Below are positions 51,128 through 64,000 of a stretch of 64,000 nucleotides of DNA, one piece after another (positions within the stretch are counted from its first letter, which is position 1; every line of letters starts with the position of its first letter). The notes below the pieces were generated by a model that was not told the origin of the DNA, did not search any database, and saw only the letters and a program-made list of their open reading frames with translations. The DNA comes from Paragordius varius (Eukaryota > Animalia > Nematomorpha): contig OZ176052.1 in NCBI GenBank assembly GCA_964247055.1, positions 14,012,001 to 14,076,000 of the forward strand, given 5' to 3'. The translations under genes and the position numbers were made by a program.

Positions 51128-54100
51128 TCCGATCTCGAAAATATTTGGGGTGATGATGGAACTACCATAGGGCTACCCAAAAAAAATTATAGTGACATCA
51201 CCTGATCAAATTTGGATTTTAGGTAGCCATTTTTATTTTTAAAATCGTATAAAATAAATTTTTTAAATATTTAAAGAATTCATAAAAATTACATTTATAG
51301 TCCGATCCCCAAAGTATTTGGGGTGATGATGGAACTACCATAGGGCTACCCAAAAAAATTATGGCGACATCACCTGATCAAATTTGGATTTTAGGTAGCC
51401 ATTTTTATTTTTAAAATCGTATAAAATAAATTTTTTAAATAAAAAAGTTCATAAAAATTACATTTATAGTCCGATCTCGACAATATTTGGGGTGATGATG
51501 GAATTACCATAGGGCTACCCAAAAAAAATTATGGTGACATCACCTGATCAAATTTGGACTTTAGGTAGCCATTTTTATTTTTAAAATCGTATAAAATAAA
51601 TTTTTTAAATATTTAAAAAATTCATAAAAATTACATTTATACTCCGATCTCGAAAATATTTGGGGTGATGATGGAACTACCATAGGGCTACGCAAAAAAA
51701 ATTATGGTGACATCACCTGATCAAATTTGGATTTTAGGTAGCCATTTTTATTTTTAAAATCGTATAAAATAAATTTTTTAAATATTTAAAGAATTCATAA
51801 AAATTACATTTATAGTCCGATCCCCAAAGTATTTGGGGTGATGATGGAACTACCATAGGGCTACCCAAAAAAATTATGGCGACATCACCTGATCAAATTT
51901 GGATTTTAGGTAGCCATTTTTATTTTTAAAATCGTATAAAATAAATTTTTTAAATAAAAAAATTCATAAAAATTACATTTATAGTCCGATCTCGACAATA
52001 TTTGGGGTGATGATGGAATTACCATAGGGCTACCCAAAAAAAATTATGGTGACATCACCTGATCAAATTTGGATTTTAGGTAGCCATTTTTATTTTTAAA
52101 ATCGTATAAAATAAATCTTTTAAATATTTAAAAAATTCATAAAAATTACATTTATACTCCGATCTCGAAAATATTTGGGGTGATGATGGAACTACCATAG
52201 GGCTACCCAAAAAAAATTATGGTGACATCACCTGATCAATTTTGGATTTTAGGTAGCCATTTTTATTTTTAAAATTCCGATCTCGAAAATATTTGGGGTG
52301 ATGATGGAACTACCATAGGGCTACCCAAAAAAAATTATGGTGACATCACCTGATCAAATTTGGATTTTAGGTAGCCATTTTTATTTTTAAAATCGTATAA
52401 AATAAATTTTTTAAATATTTAAAAAATTCATAAAAATTACATTTATACTCCGATCTCGAAAATATTTGGGGTGATGATGGAACTACCATAGGGCTACTAA
52501 AAAAAAATTATAGTGACATCACCTGATCAAATTTGGATTTTAGGTAGCCATTTTTATTTTTAAAATCGTATAAAATAAATTTTTTAAATATTTAAAGAAT
52601 TCATAAAAATTACATTTATAGTCCGATCCCCAAAGTATTTGGGGTGATGATGGAACTACCATAGGGCTACCCAAAAAAATTATGGCGACATCACCTGATC
52701 AAATTTGGATTTTAGGTAGCCATTTTTATTTTTAAAATCGTATAAAATAAATTTTTTAAATAAAAAAGTTCATAAAAATTACATTTATAGTCCGATCTCG
52801 ACAATATTTGGGGTGATGATGGAATTACCATAGGGCTACCCAAAAAAAATTATGGTGACATCACCTGATCAAATTTGGACTTTAGGTAGCCATTTTTATT
52901 TTTAAAATCGTATAAAATAAATTTTTTAAATATTTAAAAAATTCATAAAAATTACATTTATACTCCGATCTCGAAAATATTTGGGGTGATGATGGAACTA
53001 CCATAGGGCTACGCAAAAAAAATTATGGTGACATCACCTGATCAAATTTGGATTTTAGGTAGCCATTTTTATTTTTAAAATCGTATAAAATAAATTTTTT
53101 AAATATTTAAAGAATTCATAAAAATTACATTTATAGTCCGATCCCCAAAGTATTTGGGGTGATGATGGAACTACCATAGGGCTACCCAAAAAAATTATGG
53201 CGACATCACCTGATCAAATTTGGATTTTAGGTAGCCATTTTTATTTTTAAAATCGTATAAAATAAATTTTTTAAATAAAAAAATTCATAAAAATTACATT
53301 TATAGTCCGATCTCGACAATATTTGGGGTGATGATGGAATTACCATAGGGCTACCCAAAAAAAATTATGGTGACATCACCTGATCAAATTTGGATTTTAG
53401 GTAGCCATTTTTATTTTTAAAATCGTATAAAATAAATCTTTTAAATATTTAAAAAATTCATAAAAATTACATTTATACTCCGATCTCGAAAATATTTGGG
53501 GTGATGATGGAACTACCATAGGGCTACCCAAAAAAAATTATGGTGACATCACCTGATCAATTTTGGATTTTAGGTAGCCATTTTTATTTTTAAAATTCCG
53601 ATCTCGAAAATATTTGGGGTGATGATGGAACTACCATAGGGCTACCCAAAAAAAATTATGGTGACATCACCTGATCAAATTTGGATTTTAGGTAGCCATT
53701 TTTATTTTTAAAATCGTATAAAATAAATTTTTTAAATATTTAAAAAATTCATAAAAATTACATTTATACTCCGATCTCGAAAATATTTGGGGTGATGATG
53801 GAACTACCATAGGGCTACTAAAAAAAAATTATAGTGACATCACCTGATCAAATTTGGATTTTAGGTAGCCATTTTTATTTTTAAAATCGTATAAAATAAA
53901 TTTTTTAAATATTTAAAAAATTCATAAAAATTACATTTATAGTCCGATCCCCAAAGTATTTGGGGTGATGATGGAACTACCATAGGGCTACCCAAAAAAA
54001 ATTATGGCGACATCACCTGATCAAATTTGGATTTTAGGTAGCCATTTTTATTTTTAAAATCGTATAAAATAAATTTTTTAAATATTTAAAAAATTCATAA

Positions 54101-57100
54101 AATTTACATTTATAGTCCGATCTCGACAATATTTGGGGTGATGATGGAATTACCATAGGGCTACCCAAAAAAAATTATGGTGACATCACCTGATCAAATT
54201 TGGATTTTAGGTAGCCATTTTTATTTTTAAAATCGTATAAAATAAATTTTTTAAATATTTAAAAAATTCATAAAAATTACATTTATACTCCGATCTCGAA
54301 AATATTTGGGGTGATGATGGAACTACCATAGGGCTACCCAAAAAAAATTATGGTGACATCACCTGATCAAATTTGGATTTTAGGTAGCCATTTTTATTTT
54401 TAAAATCGTATAAAATTAATTTTTTAAATATTTAAAAAATTCATAAAAATTACATTTATACTCCGATCTCGAAAATATTTGGGGTGATGATGGGACTACC
54501 ATAGGGCTACCCAAAAAAAATTATAGTGACATCACCTGATCAAATTTGGATTTTAGGTAGCCATTTTTATTTTTAAAATCGAATAAAATAAATTTTTTAA
54601 ATATTTAAAAAATTCATAAAAATTACATTTATAGTCCGATCCCCAAAATATTTGGGGTGATGATGGAACTACCATAGGGCTACCCAAAAAAAATTATGGT
54701 GACATCACCTGATCAAATTTGGATTTTAGGTAGCCATTTTTATTTTTAAAATCGTATAAAATAAATTTTTTAAATATTTAAAAAATTCAAAAAAATTACA
54801 TTTATACTCCGATCTCGACAATATTTGGGGTGATGATGGAACTACCATAGGGCTACCCAAAAAAAATTATGGTGACATCACCTGATCAAATTTGGATTTT
54901 AGGTAGCCATTTTTATTTTTAAAATCGTATAAAATAAATTTTTTAAATATTTAAAAAATTCATAAAAATTACATTTATACTCCGATCTCGAAAATATTTG
55001 GGGTGATGATGGAACTACCATAGGGCTACCCAAAAAAAATTATGGTGACATCACCTGATCAAATTTGGACTTTAGGTAGCCATTTTTATTTTTAAAATCG
55101 TATAAAATAAATTTTTTAAATATTTAAAAAATTCATAAAAATTACATTTATACTCCGATCTCGAAAATATTTGGGGTGATGATGGAACTACCATAGGGCT
55201 ACGCAAAAAAAATTATGGTGACATCACCTGATCAAATTTGGATTTTAGGTAGCCATTTTTATTTTTAAAATCGTATAAAATAAATTTTTTAAATATTTAA
55301 AAAATTCATAAAAATTACATTTATAGTCCGATCCCCAAAGTATTTGGGGTGATGATGGAACTACCATAGGGCTACCCAAAAAAAATTATGGCGACATCAC
55401 CTGATCAAATTTGGATTTTAGGTAGCCATTTTTATTTTTAAAATCGTATAAAATAAATTTTTTAAATATTTAAAAAATTCATAAAATTTACATTTATAGT
55501 CCGATCTCGACAATATTTGGGGTGATGATGGTACCATAGGGCTACCCAAAAAAAATTATGGTGACATCACCTGATCAAATTTGGATTTTAGGTAGCCATT
55601 TTTATTTTGAAAATCGTATAAAATAAATTTTTTAAATATTTAAAAAATTCATAAAAATTACATTTATACTCCGATCTCGAAAATATTTGGGGTGATGATG
55701 GAACTACCATAGGGCTACGCAAAAAAAATTATGGTGACATCACCTGATCAAATTTGGATTTTAGGTAGCCATTTTTATTTTTAAAATCGTATAAAATAAA
55801 TTTTTTAAATATTTAAAAAATTCATAAAAATTACATTTATAGTCCGATCCCCAAAGTATTTGGGGTGATGATGGAACTACCATAGGGCTACCCAAAAAAA
55901 ATTATGGCGACATCACCTGATCAAATTTGGATTTTAGGTAGCCATTTTTATTTTTAAAATCGTATAAAATAAATTTTTTAAATATTTAAAAAATTCATAA
56001 AAATTACATTTATACTCCGATCTCGACAATATTTGGGGTGATGATGGAACTACCATAGGGCTACCCAAAAAAAATTATAGTGACATCACCTGATAAAATT
56101 TGGATTTTAGGTAGCCATTTTTATTTTTAAAATCGTATAAAATAAATTTTTTAAATATTTAAAAAATTCAATTACATTTATACTCCGATCTCGAAAATAT
56201 TTGGGGTGATGATGGAACTACCATAGGGCTACCCAAAATAAATTATGGTGACATCACCTGATCAAATTTGGACTTTAGGTAGCCATTTTTATTTTTAAAA
56301 TCGTATAAAATAAATTTTTTAAATATTTAAAAAATTCATAAAAATTACATTTATACTCCGATCTCGAAAATATTTGGGGTGATGATGGAACTACCATAGG
56401 GCTACGCAAAAAAAATTATGGTGACATCACCTGATCAAATTTGGATTTTAGGTAGCCATTTTTATTTTTAAAATCGTATAAAATAAATTTTTTAAATATT
56501 TAAAGAATTCATAAAAATTACATTTATAGTCCGATCCCCAAAGTATTTGGGGTGATGATGGAACTACCATAGGGCTACCCAAAAAAATTATGGCGACATC
56601 ACCTGATCAAATTTGGATTTTAGGTAGCCATTTTTATTTTTAAAATCGTATAAAATAAATTTTTTAAATAAAAAAATTCATAAAAATTACATTTATAGTC
56701 CGATCTCGACAATATTTGGGGTGATGATGGAATTACCATAGGGCTACCCAAAAAAAATTATGGTGACATCACCTGATCAAATTTGGATTTTAGGTAGCCA
56801 TTTTTATTTTTAAAATCGTATAAAATAAATTTTTTAAATATTTAAAAAATTCATAAAAATTACATTTATACTCCGATCTCGAAAATATTTGGGGTGATGA
56901 TGGAACTACCATAGGGCTACCCAAAAAAAATTATGGTGACATCACCTGATCAATTTTGGATTTTAGGTAGCCATTTATATTTTTAAAATTCCGATCTCGA
57001 AAATATTTGGGGTGATGATGGAACTACCATAGGGCTACCCAAAAAAAATTATAGTGACATCACCTGATCAAATTTGGATTTTAGGTAGCCATTTTTATTT

Positions 57101-58134
57101 TTAAAATCGTATAAAATAAATTTTTTAAATATTTAAAGAATTCATAAAAATTACATTTATAGTCCGATCCCCAAAGTATTTGGGGTGATGATGGAACTAC
57201 CATAGGGCCCAAAAAAATTATGGCGACATCACCTGATCAAATTTGGATTTTAGGTAGCCATTTTTATTTTTAAAATCGTATAAAATAAATTTTTTAAATA
57301 AAAAAATTCATAAAAATTACATTTATAGTCCGATCTCGACAATATTTGGGGTGATGATGGAATTACCATAGGGCTACCCAAAAAAAATTATGGTGACATC
57401 ACCTGATCAAATTTGGACTTTAGGTAGCCATTTTTATTTTTAAAATCGTATAAAATAAATTTTTTAAATATTTAAAAAATTCATAAAAATTACATTTATA
57501 CTCCGATCTCGAAAATATTTGGGGTGATGATGGAACTACCATAGGGCTACGCAAAAAAAATTATGGTGACATCACCTGATCAAATTTGGATTTTAGGTAG
57601 CCATTTTTATTTTTAAAATCGTATAAAATAAATTTTTTAAATATTTAAAGAATTCATAAAAATTACATTTATAGTCCGATCCCCAAAGTATTTGGGGTGA
57701 TGATGGAACTACCATAGGGCTACCCAAAAAAATTATGGCGACATCACCTGATCAAATTTGGATTTTAGGTAGCCATTTTTATTTTTAAAATCGTATAAAA
57801 TAAATTTTTTAAATAAAAAAATTCATAAAAATTACATTTATAGTCCGATCTCGACAATATTTGGGGTGATGATGGAATTACCATAGGGCTACCCAAAAAA
57901 AATTATGGTGACATCACCTGATCAAATTTGGATTTTAGGTAGCCATTTTTATTTTTAAAATCGTATAAAATAAATTTTTTAAATATTTAAAAAATTCATA
58001 AAAATTACATTTATACTCCGATCTCGAAAATATTTGGGGTGATGATGGAACTACCATAGGGCTACCCAAAAAAAATTATGGTGACATCACCTGATCAATT
58101 TTGGATTTTAGGTAGCCATTTTTATTTTTAAAAT
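51128..58134 (+). repeat. Subfamily-B HORs (7-mer 1148/1145 bp, 8-mer 1321 bp) containing a 118-bp truncated monomer
   Basis: Junction TTTTAAAAT|TCCGATCTCG (loss of monomer positions 1-55) at 51127/8, 52275/6, 53596/7, 56989/90 and 58134/5. Each is preceded by GATCAATTTTGG. 53.8-56.2 kb is a different inserted block. Confidence 0.88.
53814..56170 (+). repeat. Third copy of the ~21.66-23.58 kb / 47.6-49.96 kb monomer block
   Basis: Ordered markers GCTACTAAA, CCCAAAGT, AAATTTACATT, AAAATTAATT, GGGACTACC, GGACTTT, TTTTGAAAAT and the 5-bp deletion TTCAATTAC, at an offset of ~6212 from 47.6-49.96 kb. Confidence 0.85.
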
Positions 58135-60312
58135 TCCGATCTCGAAAATATTTGGGGTGATGATGGAACTACCATAGGGCTACCCAAAAAAAATTATAGT
58201 GACATCACCTGATCAAATTTGGATTTTAGGTAGCCATTTTTATTTTTAAAATCGTATAAAATAAATTTTTTAAATATTTAAAAAATTCATAAAAATTACA
58301 TTTATAGTCCGATCCCCAAAATATTTGGGGTGATGATGGAACTACCATAGGGCTACCCAAAAAAAAATATGGTGACATCACCTGATCAAATTTGGATTTT
58401 AGGTAGCCATTTTTATTTTTAAAATCATATAAAATAAATTTTTTAAATATTTAAAAAATTCATAAAAATTACATTTATACTCCGATCTCGAAAATATTTG
58501 GGGTGATGATGGAACTACCATAGGGCTACCCAAAAAAAATTATAGTGACATCACCTGATCAAATTTGGATTTTAGGTAGCAATTTTTATTTTTAAAATCG
58601 TATAAAATAAATTTTTTAAATATTTAAAAAATTCATAAAAATTACATTTATACTCCGATCTCGACAATATTTGGGGTGATGATGAAACTACCATAGGGCT
58701 ACCCAAAAAAAATTATAGTGACATCACCTGATCAAATTTGGATTTTAGGTAGCCATTTTTATTTTTAAAATCGTATAAAATAAATTTTTTAAATATTTAA
58801 AAAATTCATAAAAATTACATTTATACTCCGATCTCGACAATATTTGGGTGATGATGGAACTACCATAGGGCTACCCAAAAAAAATTATGGTGACATCACC
58901 TGATCAAATTTGGATTTTAAGTAGCCATTTTTATTTTTAAAATCGTATAAAATAAATTTTTTAAATATTTAAAAAATTCATAAAAATTACATTTATACTC
59001 CGATCTCGAAAATATTTGGGGTGATGACGGAACTACCATAGGGCTACCCAAAAAAATCATGGCGACATCACCTGATCAAATTTGGATTTTAGGTAGCCAT
59101 TTTTATTTTTAAAATCGTATAAAATAAATTTTTTAAATATTTAAAAAATTCATAAAAATTACATTTATAGTCCGATCCCCAATATATTTGGGGTGATGAT
59201 GGAACTACCATAGGGCTACCCAAAAAAAATTATGGTGACATCACCTGATCAAATTTGGATTTTAGGTAGCCATTTTTATTTTTAAAATCGTATAAAATAA
59301 ATTTTTTAAATATTTAAAAAATTCATAAAAATTACATTTATACTCCGATCTCGAAAATATTTGGGGTGATGATGGAACTACCATAGGGCTACCCAAAATA
59401 GTGACATCACCTGATCAAATTTGGATTTTAGGTAGCCATTTTTATTTTTAAAATCGTATAAAATAAATTTTTTAAATATTTAAAAAATTCATAAAAATTA
59501 CATTTATAGACCGATCTCGACAATATTTGGGGTGATGATGGAATTACCATGGGGCTACCCAAAAAAAATTATGGTGACATCACCTGATCAAATTTGGATT
59601 TTAGGTAGCCATTTTTATTTTTAAAATCGTATAAAATAAATTTTTTAAATATTTAAAAAATTCAAAAAAATTACATTTATACTCCGATCCCCAAAATATT
59701 TGGGGTGATGATGAAACTACCATAGGGCTACCTAAAAAAAATTATGGCGATATCACCTGATCAAATTTAGATTTTAGGTAGCCATTTTTATTTTTAAAAT
59801 CATATAAAATAAATTTTTTAAATATTTAAAAAATTCAAAAAAATTACATTTATACTCCGATCTCGACAATATTTGGGGTGATGATGGAATTACCATAGGG
59901 CTACCCAAAAAAAATTATGGTGACATCACCTGATTAAATTTGGATTTTAGGTAGCCATTTTTATTTTTAAAATCGTATAAAATAAATTTTTTAAATATTT
60001 AAAAAATTCATAAAAATTACATTTATACTCCGATCTCGAAAATATTTGGGGTGATGATGGAACTAGCATAGGGCTACCCAAAATAGTGACATCACCTGAT
60101 CAAATTTGGATTTTAGGTAGCCATTTTTATTTTTAAAATCGTATAAAATAAATTTTTTAAATATTTAAAAAATTCATAAAAATTACATTTATAGTCCGAT
60201 CTCGACAATATTTGGGGTGATGATGGAATTACCATAGGGCTACCCAAAAAAAATTATGGCGACATCACCTGATCAAATTTGGATTTTAGGTAGCCATTTT
60301 TATTTTTAAAAT

Positions 60313-63300
60313 CGTATAAAATAAATTTTTTAAATATTTAAAAAATTCATAAAAATTACATTTATACTCCGATCTCGAAAATATTTGGGGTGATGATGGA
60401 ACTACCATAGGGCTACGCAAAAAAAATTATGGTGACATCACCTGATCAAATTTGGATTTTAGGTAGCCATTTTTATTTTTAAAATCGTATAAAATAAATT
60501 TTTTAAATATTTAAAAAATTCATAAAAATTACATTTATAGTCCGATCCCCAAAGTATTTGGGGTGATGATGGAACTACCATAGGGCTACCCAAAAAAATT
60601 ATGGCGACATCACCTGATCAAATTTGGATTTTAGGTAGCCATTTTTATTTTTAAAATCGTATAAAATAAATTTTTTAAATATTTAAAAAATTCATAAAAA
60701 TTACATTTATACTCCGATCTCGACAATATTTGGGGTGATGATGGAACTACCATAGGGCTACCCAAAAAAAATTATAGTGACATCACCTGATCAAATTTGG
60801 ATTTTAGGTAGCCATTTTTATTTTTAAAATCGTATAAAATAAATTTTTTAAATATTTAAAAAATTCATAAAAATTACATTTATAGTCCGATCCCCAAAAT
60901 ATTTGGGGTGATGATGGAACAACCATAGGGCTACGCAAAAAAAATTATGGCGACATCACCTGATCAAATTTGGATTTTAGGTAGCCATTTTTATTTTTAA
61001 AATCGTATAAAATAAATTTTTTAAATATTTAAAAAATTCAAAAAAATTACATTTATACTCCGATCTCGAAAATATTTGGGGTGATGATGGAACTACCATA
61101 GGGCTACCCAAAATAAATTATGGTGACATCACCTGATCAAATTTGGACTTTAGGTAGCCATTTTTATTTTTAAAATCGTATAAAATAAATTTTTTAAATA
61201 TTTAAAAAATTCATAAAAATTACATTTATACTCCGATCTCGAAAATATTTGGGGTGATGATGGAACTACCATAGGGCTACGCAAAAAAAATTATGGTGAC
61301 ATCACCTGATCAAATTTGGATTTTAGGTAGCCATTTTTATTTTTAAAATCGTATAAAATAAATTTTTTAAATATTTAAAGAATTCATAAAAATTACATTT
61401 ATAGTCCGATCCCCAAAGTATTTGGGGTGATGATGGAACTACCATAGGGCTACCCAAAAAAATTATGGCGACATCACCTGATCAAATTTGGATTTTAGGT
61501 AGCCATTTTTATTTTTAAAATCGTATAAAATAAATTTTTTAAATATTTAAAAAATTCATAAAAATTACATTTATAGACCGATCTCGACAATATTTGGGGT
61601 GATGATGGAATTACCATGGGGCTACCCAAAAAAAATTATGGTGACATCACCTGATCAAATTTGGATTTTAGGTAGCCATTTTTATTTTTAAAATCGTATA
61701 AAATAAATTTTTTAAATATTTAAAAAATTCAAAAAAATTACATTTATACTCCGATCTCGAAAATATTTGGGGTGATGATGGAACTACCATAGGGCTACCC
61801 AAAATAAATTATGGTGACATCACCTGATCAAATTTGGATTTTAGGTAGCCATTTTTATTTTTAAAATCGTATAAAATAAATTTTTTAAATATTTAAAAAA
61901 TTCATAAAAATTACATTTATACTCCGATCTCGAAAATATTTGGGGTGATGATGGAACTACCATAGGGCTACGCAAAAAAAATTATGGTGACATCACCTGA
62001 TCAAATTTGGATTTTAGGTAGCCATTTTTATTTTTAAAATCGTATAAAATAAATTTTTTAAATATTTAAAAAATTCATAAAAATTACATTTATAGTCCGA
62101 TCCCCAAAGTATTTGGGGTGATGATGGAACTACCATAGGGCTACCCAAAAAAAATTATGGCGACATCACCTGATCAAATTTGGATTTTAGGTAGCCATTT
62201 TTATTTTTAAAATCGTATAAAATAAATTTTTTAAATATTTAAAAAATTCATAAAAATTACATTTATACTCCGATCTCGACAATATTTGGGGTGATGATGG
62301 AACTACCATAGGGCTACCCAAAAAAAATTATAGTGACATCACCTGATCAAATTTGGATTTTAGGTAGCCATTTTTATTTTTAAAATCGTATAAAATAAAT
62401 TTTTTAAATATTTAAAAAATTCATAAAAATTACATTTATAGTCCGATCCCCAAAATATTTGGGGTGATGATGGAACAACCATAGGGCTACGCAAAAAAAA
62501 TTATGGCGACATCACCTGATCAAATTTGGATTTTAGGTAGCCATTTTTATTTTTAAAATCGTATAAAATAAATTTTTTAAATATTTAAAAAATTCAAAAA
62601 AATTACATTTATACTCCGATCTCGAAAATATTTGGGGTGATGATGGAACTACCATAGGGCTACCCAAAATAAATTATGGTGACATCACCTGATCAAATTT
62701 GGACTTTAGGTAGCCATTTTTATTTTTAAAATCGTATAAAATAAATTTTTTAAATATTTAAAAAATTCATAAAAATTACATTTATACTCCGATCTCGAAA
62801 ATATTTGGGGTGATGATGGAACTACCATAGGGCTACGCAAAAAAAATTATGGTGATATCACCTGATCAAATTTGGATTTTAGGTAGCCATTTTTATTTTT
62901 AAAATCGTATAAAATAAATTTTTTAAATATTTAAAGAATTCATAAAAATTACATTTATAGTCCGATCCCCAAAGTATTTGGGGTGATGATGGAACTACCA
63001 TAGGGCTACCCAAAAAAATTATGGCGACATCACCTGATCAAATTTGGATTTTAGGTAGCCATTTTTATTTTTAAAATCGTATAAAATAAATTTTTTAAAT
63101 ATTTAAAAAATTCATAAAAATTACATTTATAGACCGATCTCGACAATATTTGGGGTGATGATGGAATTACCATGGGGCTACCCAAAAAAAATTATGGTGA
63201 CATCACCTGATCAAATTTGGATTTTAGGTAGCCATTTTTATTTTTAAAATCGTATAAAATAAATTTTTTAAATATTTAAAAAATTCAAAAAAATTACATT

Positions 63301-63423
63301 TATACTCCGATCTCGAAAATATTTGGGGTGATGATGGAACTACCATAGGGCTACCCAAAATAAATTATGGTGACATCACCTGATCAAATTTGGATTTTAG
63401 GTAGCCATTTTTATTTTTAAAAT
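60313..63423 (+). repeat. Two copies of a 9-monomer HOR (1555-1556 bp), followed by a shortened 4-monomer derivative
   Basis: Units start at 60313, 61868 and 63424. The AGACCGATC/CCATGGGG monomer occurs at 61575, 63131 and 63822 (spacings 1556 and 691). Confidence 0.87.
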
Positions 63424-64000
63424 CCTATAAAATAAATTTTTTTAATATTTAAAAAATTTATAAAAATTACATTTATACTCCGATCTCGAAAATATTTGGG
63501 GTGATGATGGAACTACCATAGGGCTACGCAAAAAAAATTATGGTGACATCACCTGATCAAATTTGGATTTTAGGTAGCCATTTTTATTTTTAAAATCGTA
63601 TAAAATAAATTTTTTAAATATTTAAAGAATTCATAAAAATTACATTTATAGTCCGATCCCCAAAGTATTTGGGGTGATGATGGAACTACCATAGGGCTAC
63701 CCAAAAAAATTATGGCGACATCACCTGATCAAATTTGGATTTTAGGTAGCCATTTTTATTTTTAAAATCGTATAAAATAAATTTTTTAAATATTTAAAAA
63801 ATTCATAAAAATTACATTTATAGACCGATCTCGACAATATTTGGGGTGATGATGGAATTACCATGGGGCTACCCAAAAAAAATTATGGTGACATCACCTG
63901 ATCAAATTTGGATTTTAGGTAGCCATTTTTATTTTTAAAATCGTATAAAATAAATTTTTTAAATATTTAAAAAATTCAAAAAAATTACATTTATACTCCG

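Larger units (their letters stand above)
1..64000 (+). repeat. Tandem satellite DNA array, ~173-bp AT-rich monomer, ~370 head-to-tail copies, running off both window ends
   Basis: Monomer start CGTATAAAAT recurs at 1, 174, 346, 519, 692, 865 and so on, with 172-173 bp spacing to the end of the window. About 46 G+C per 173 bp. No reverse-orientation units and no non-satellite sequence seen. Strand label only gives the orientation of the quoted consensus. Confidence 0.99.

Noticed and set aside
1-64000. CRISPR array (regular, partly palindromic repeats)
   Set aside because: There are no unique spacers, the whole 173-bp unit repeats, and no cas genes are present.

Overview
The whole 64-kb window is one uninterrupted, head-to-tail, single-orientation satellite DNA array. 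The monomer is ~173 bp and ~73% AT, with about 370 copies. Consensus, phased from position 1: CGTATAAAATAAATTTTTTAAATATTTAAAAAATTCATAAAAATTACATTTATACTCCGATCTCGAAAATATTTGGGGTGATGATGGAACTACCATAGGGCTACCCAAAAAAAATTATGGCGACATCACCTGATCAAATTTGGATTTTAGGTAGCCATTTTTATTTTTAAAAT. I see no CDS, RNA gene, transposon insertion, inversion or CRISPR array, and I cannot name the satellite family or the organism. It looks like a eukaryotic heterochromatic or centromere-sized satellite, but that is inference. The information lies in the variant pattern: several higher-order repeats (HORs of 4, 6, 7, 8 and 9 monomers), a ~17-kb near-identical block present twice (offset 24.7-25.9 kb), an out-of-register junction at 23583/23584, a copy-number-neutral conversion-like tract, a 118-bp truncated monomer amplified inside an HOR, a stepwise deletion series, a divergent island near 58-60 kb, and a monomer rich in dyad symmetry. 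I found no gene-encoded biological system. All alignments were done by eye, so boundaries are approximate except where junction bases are quoted.
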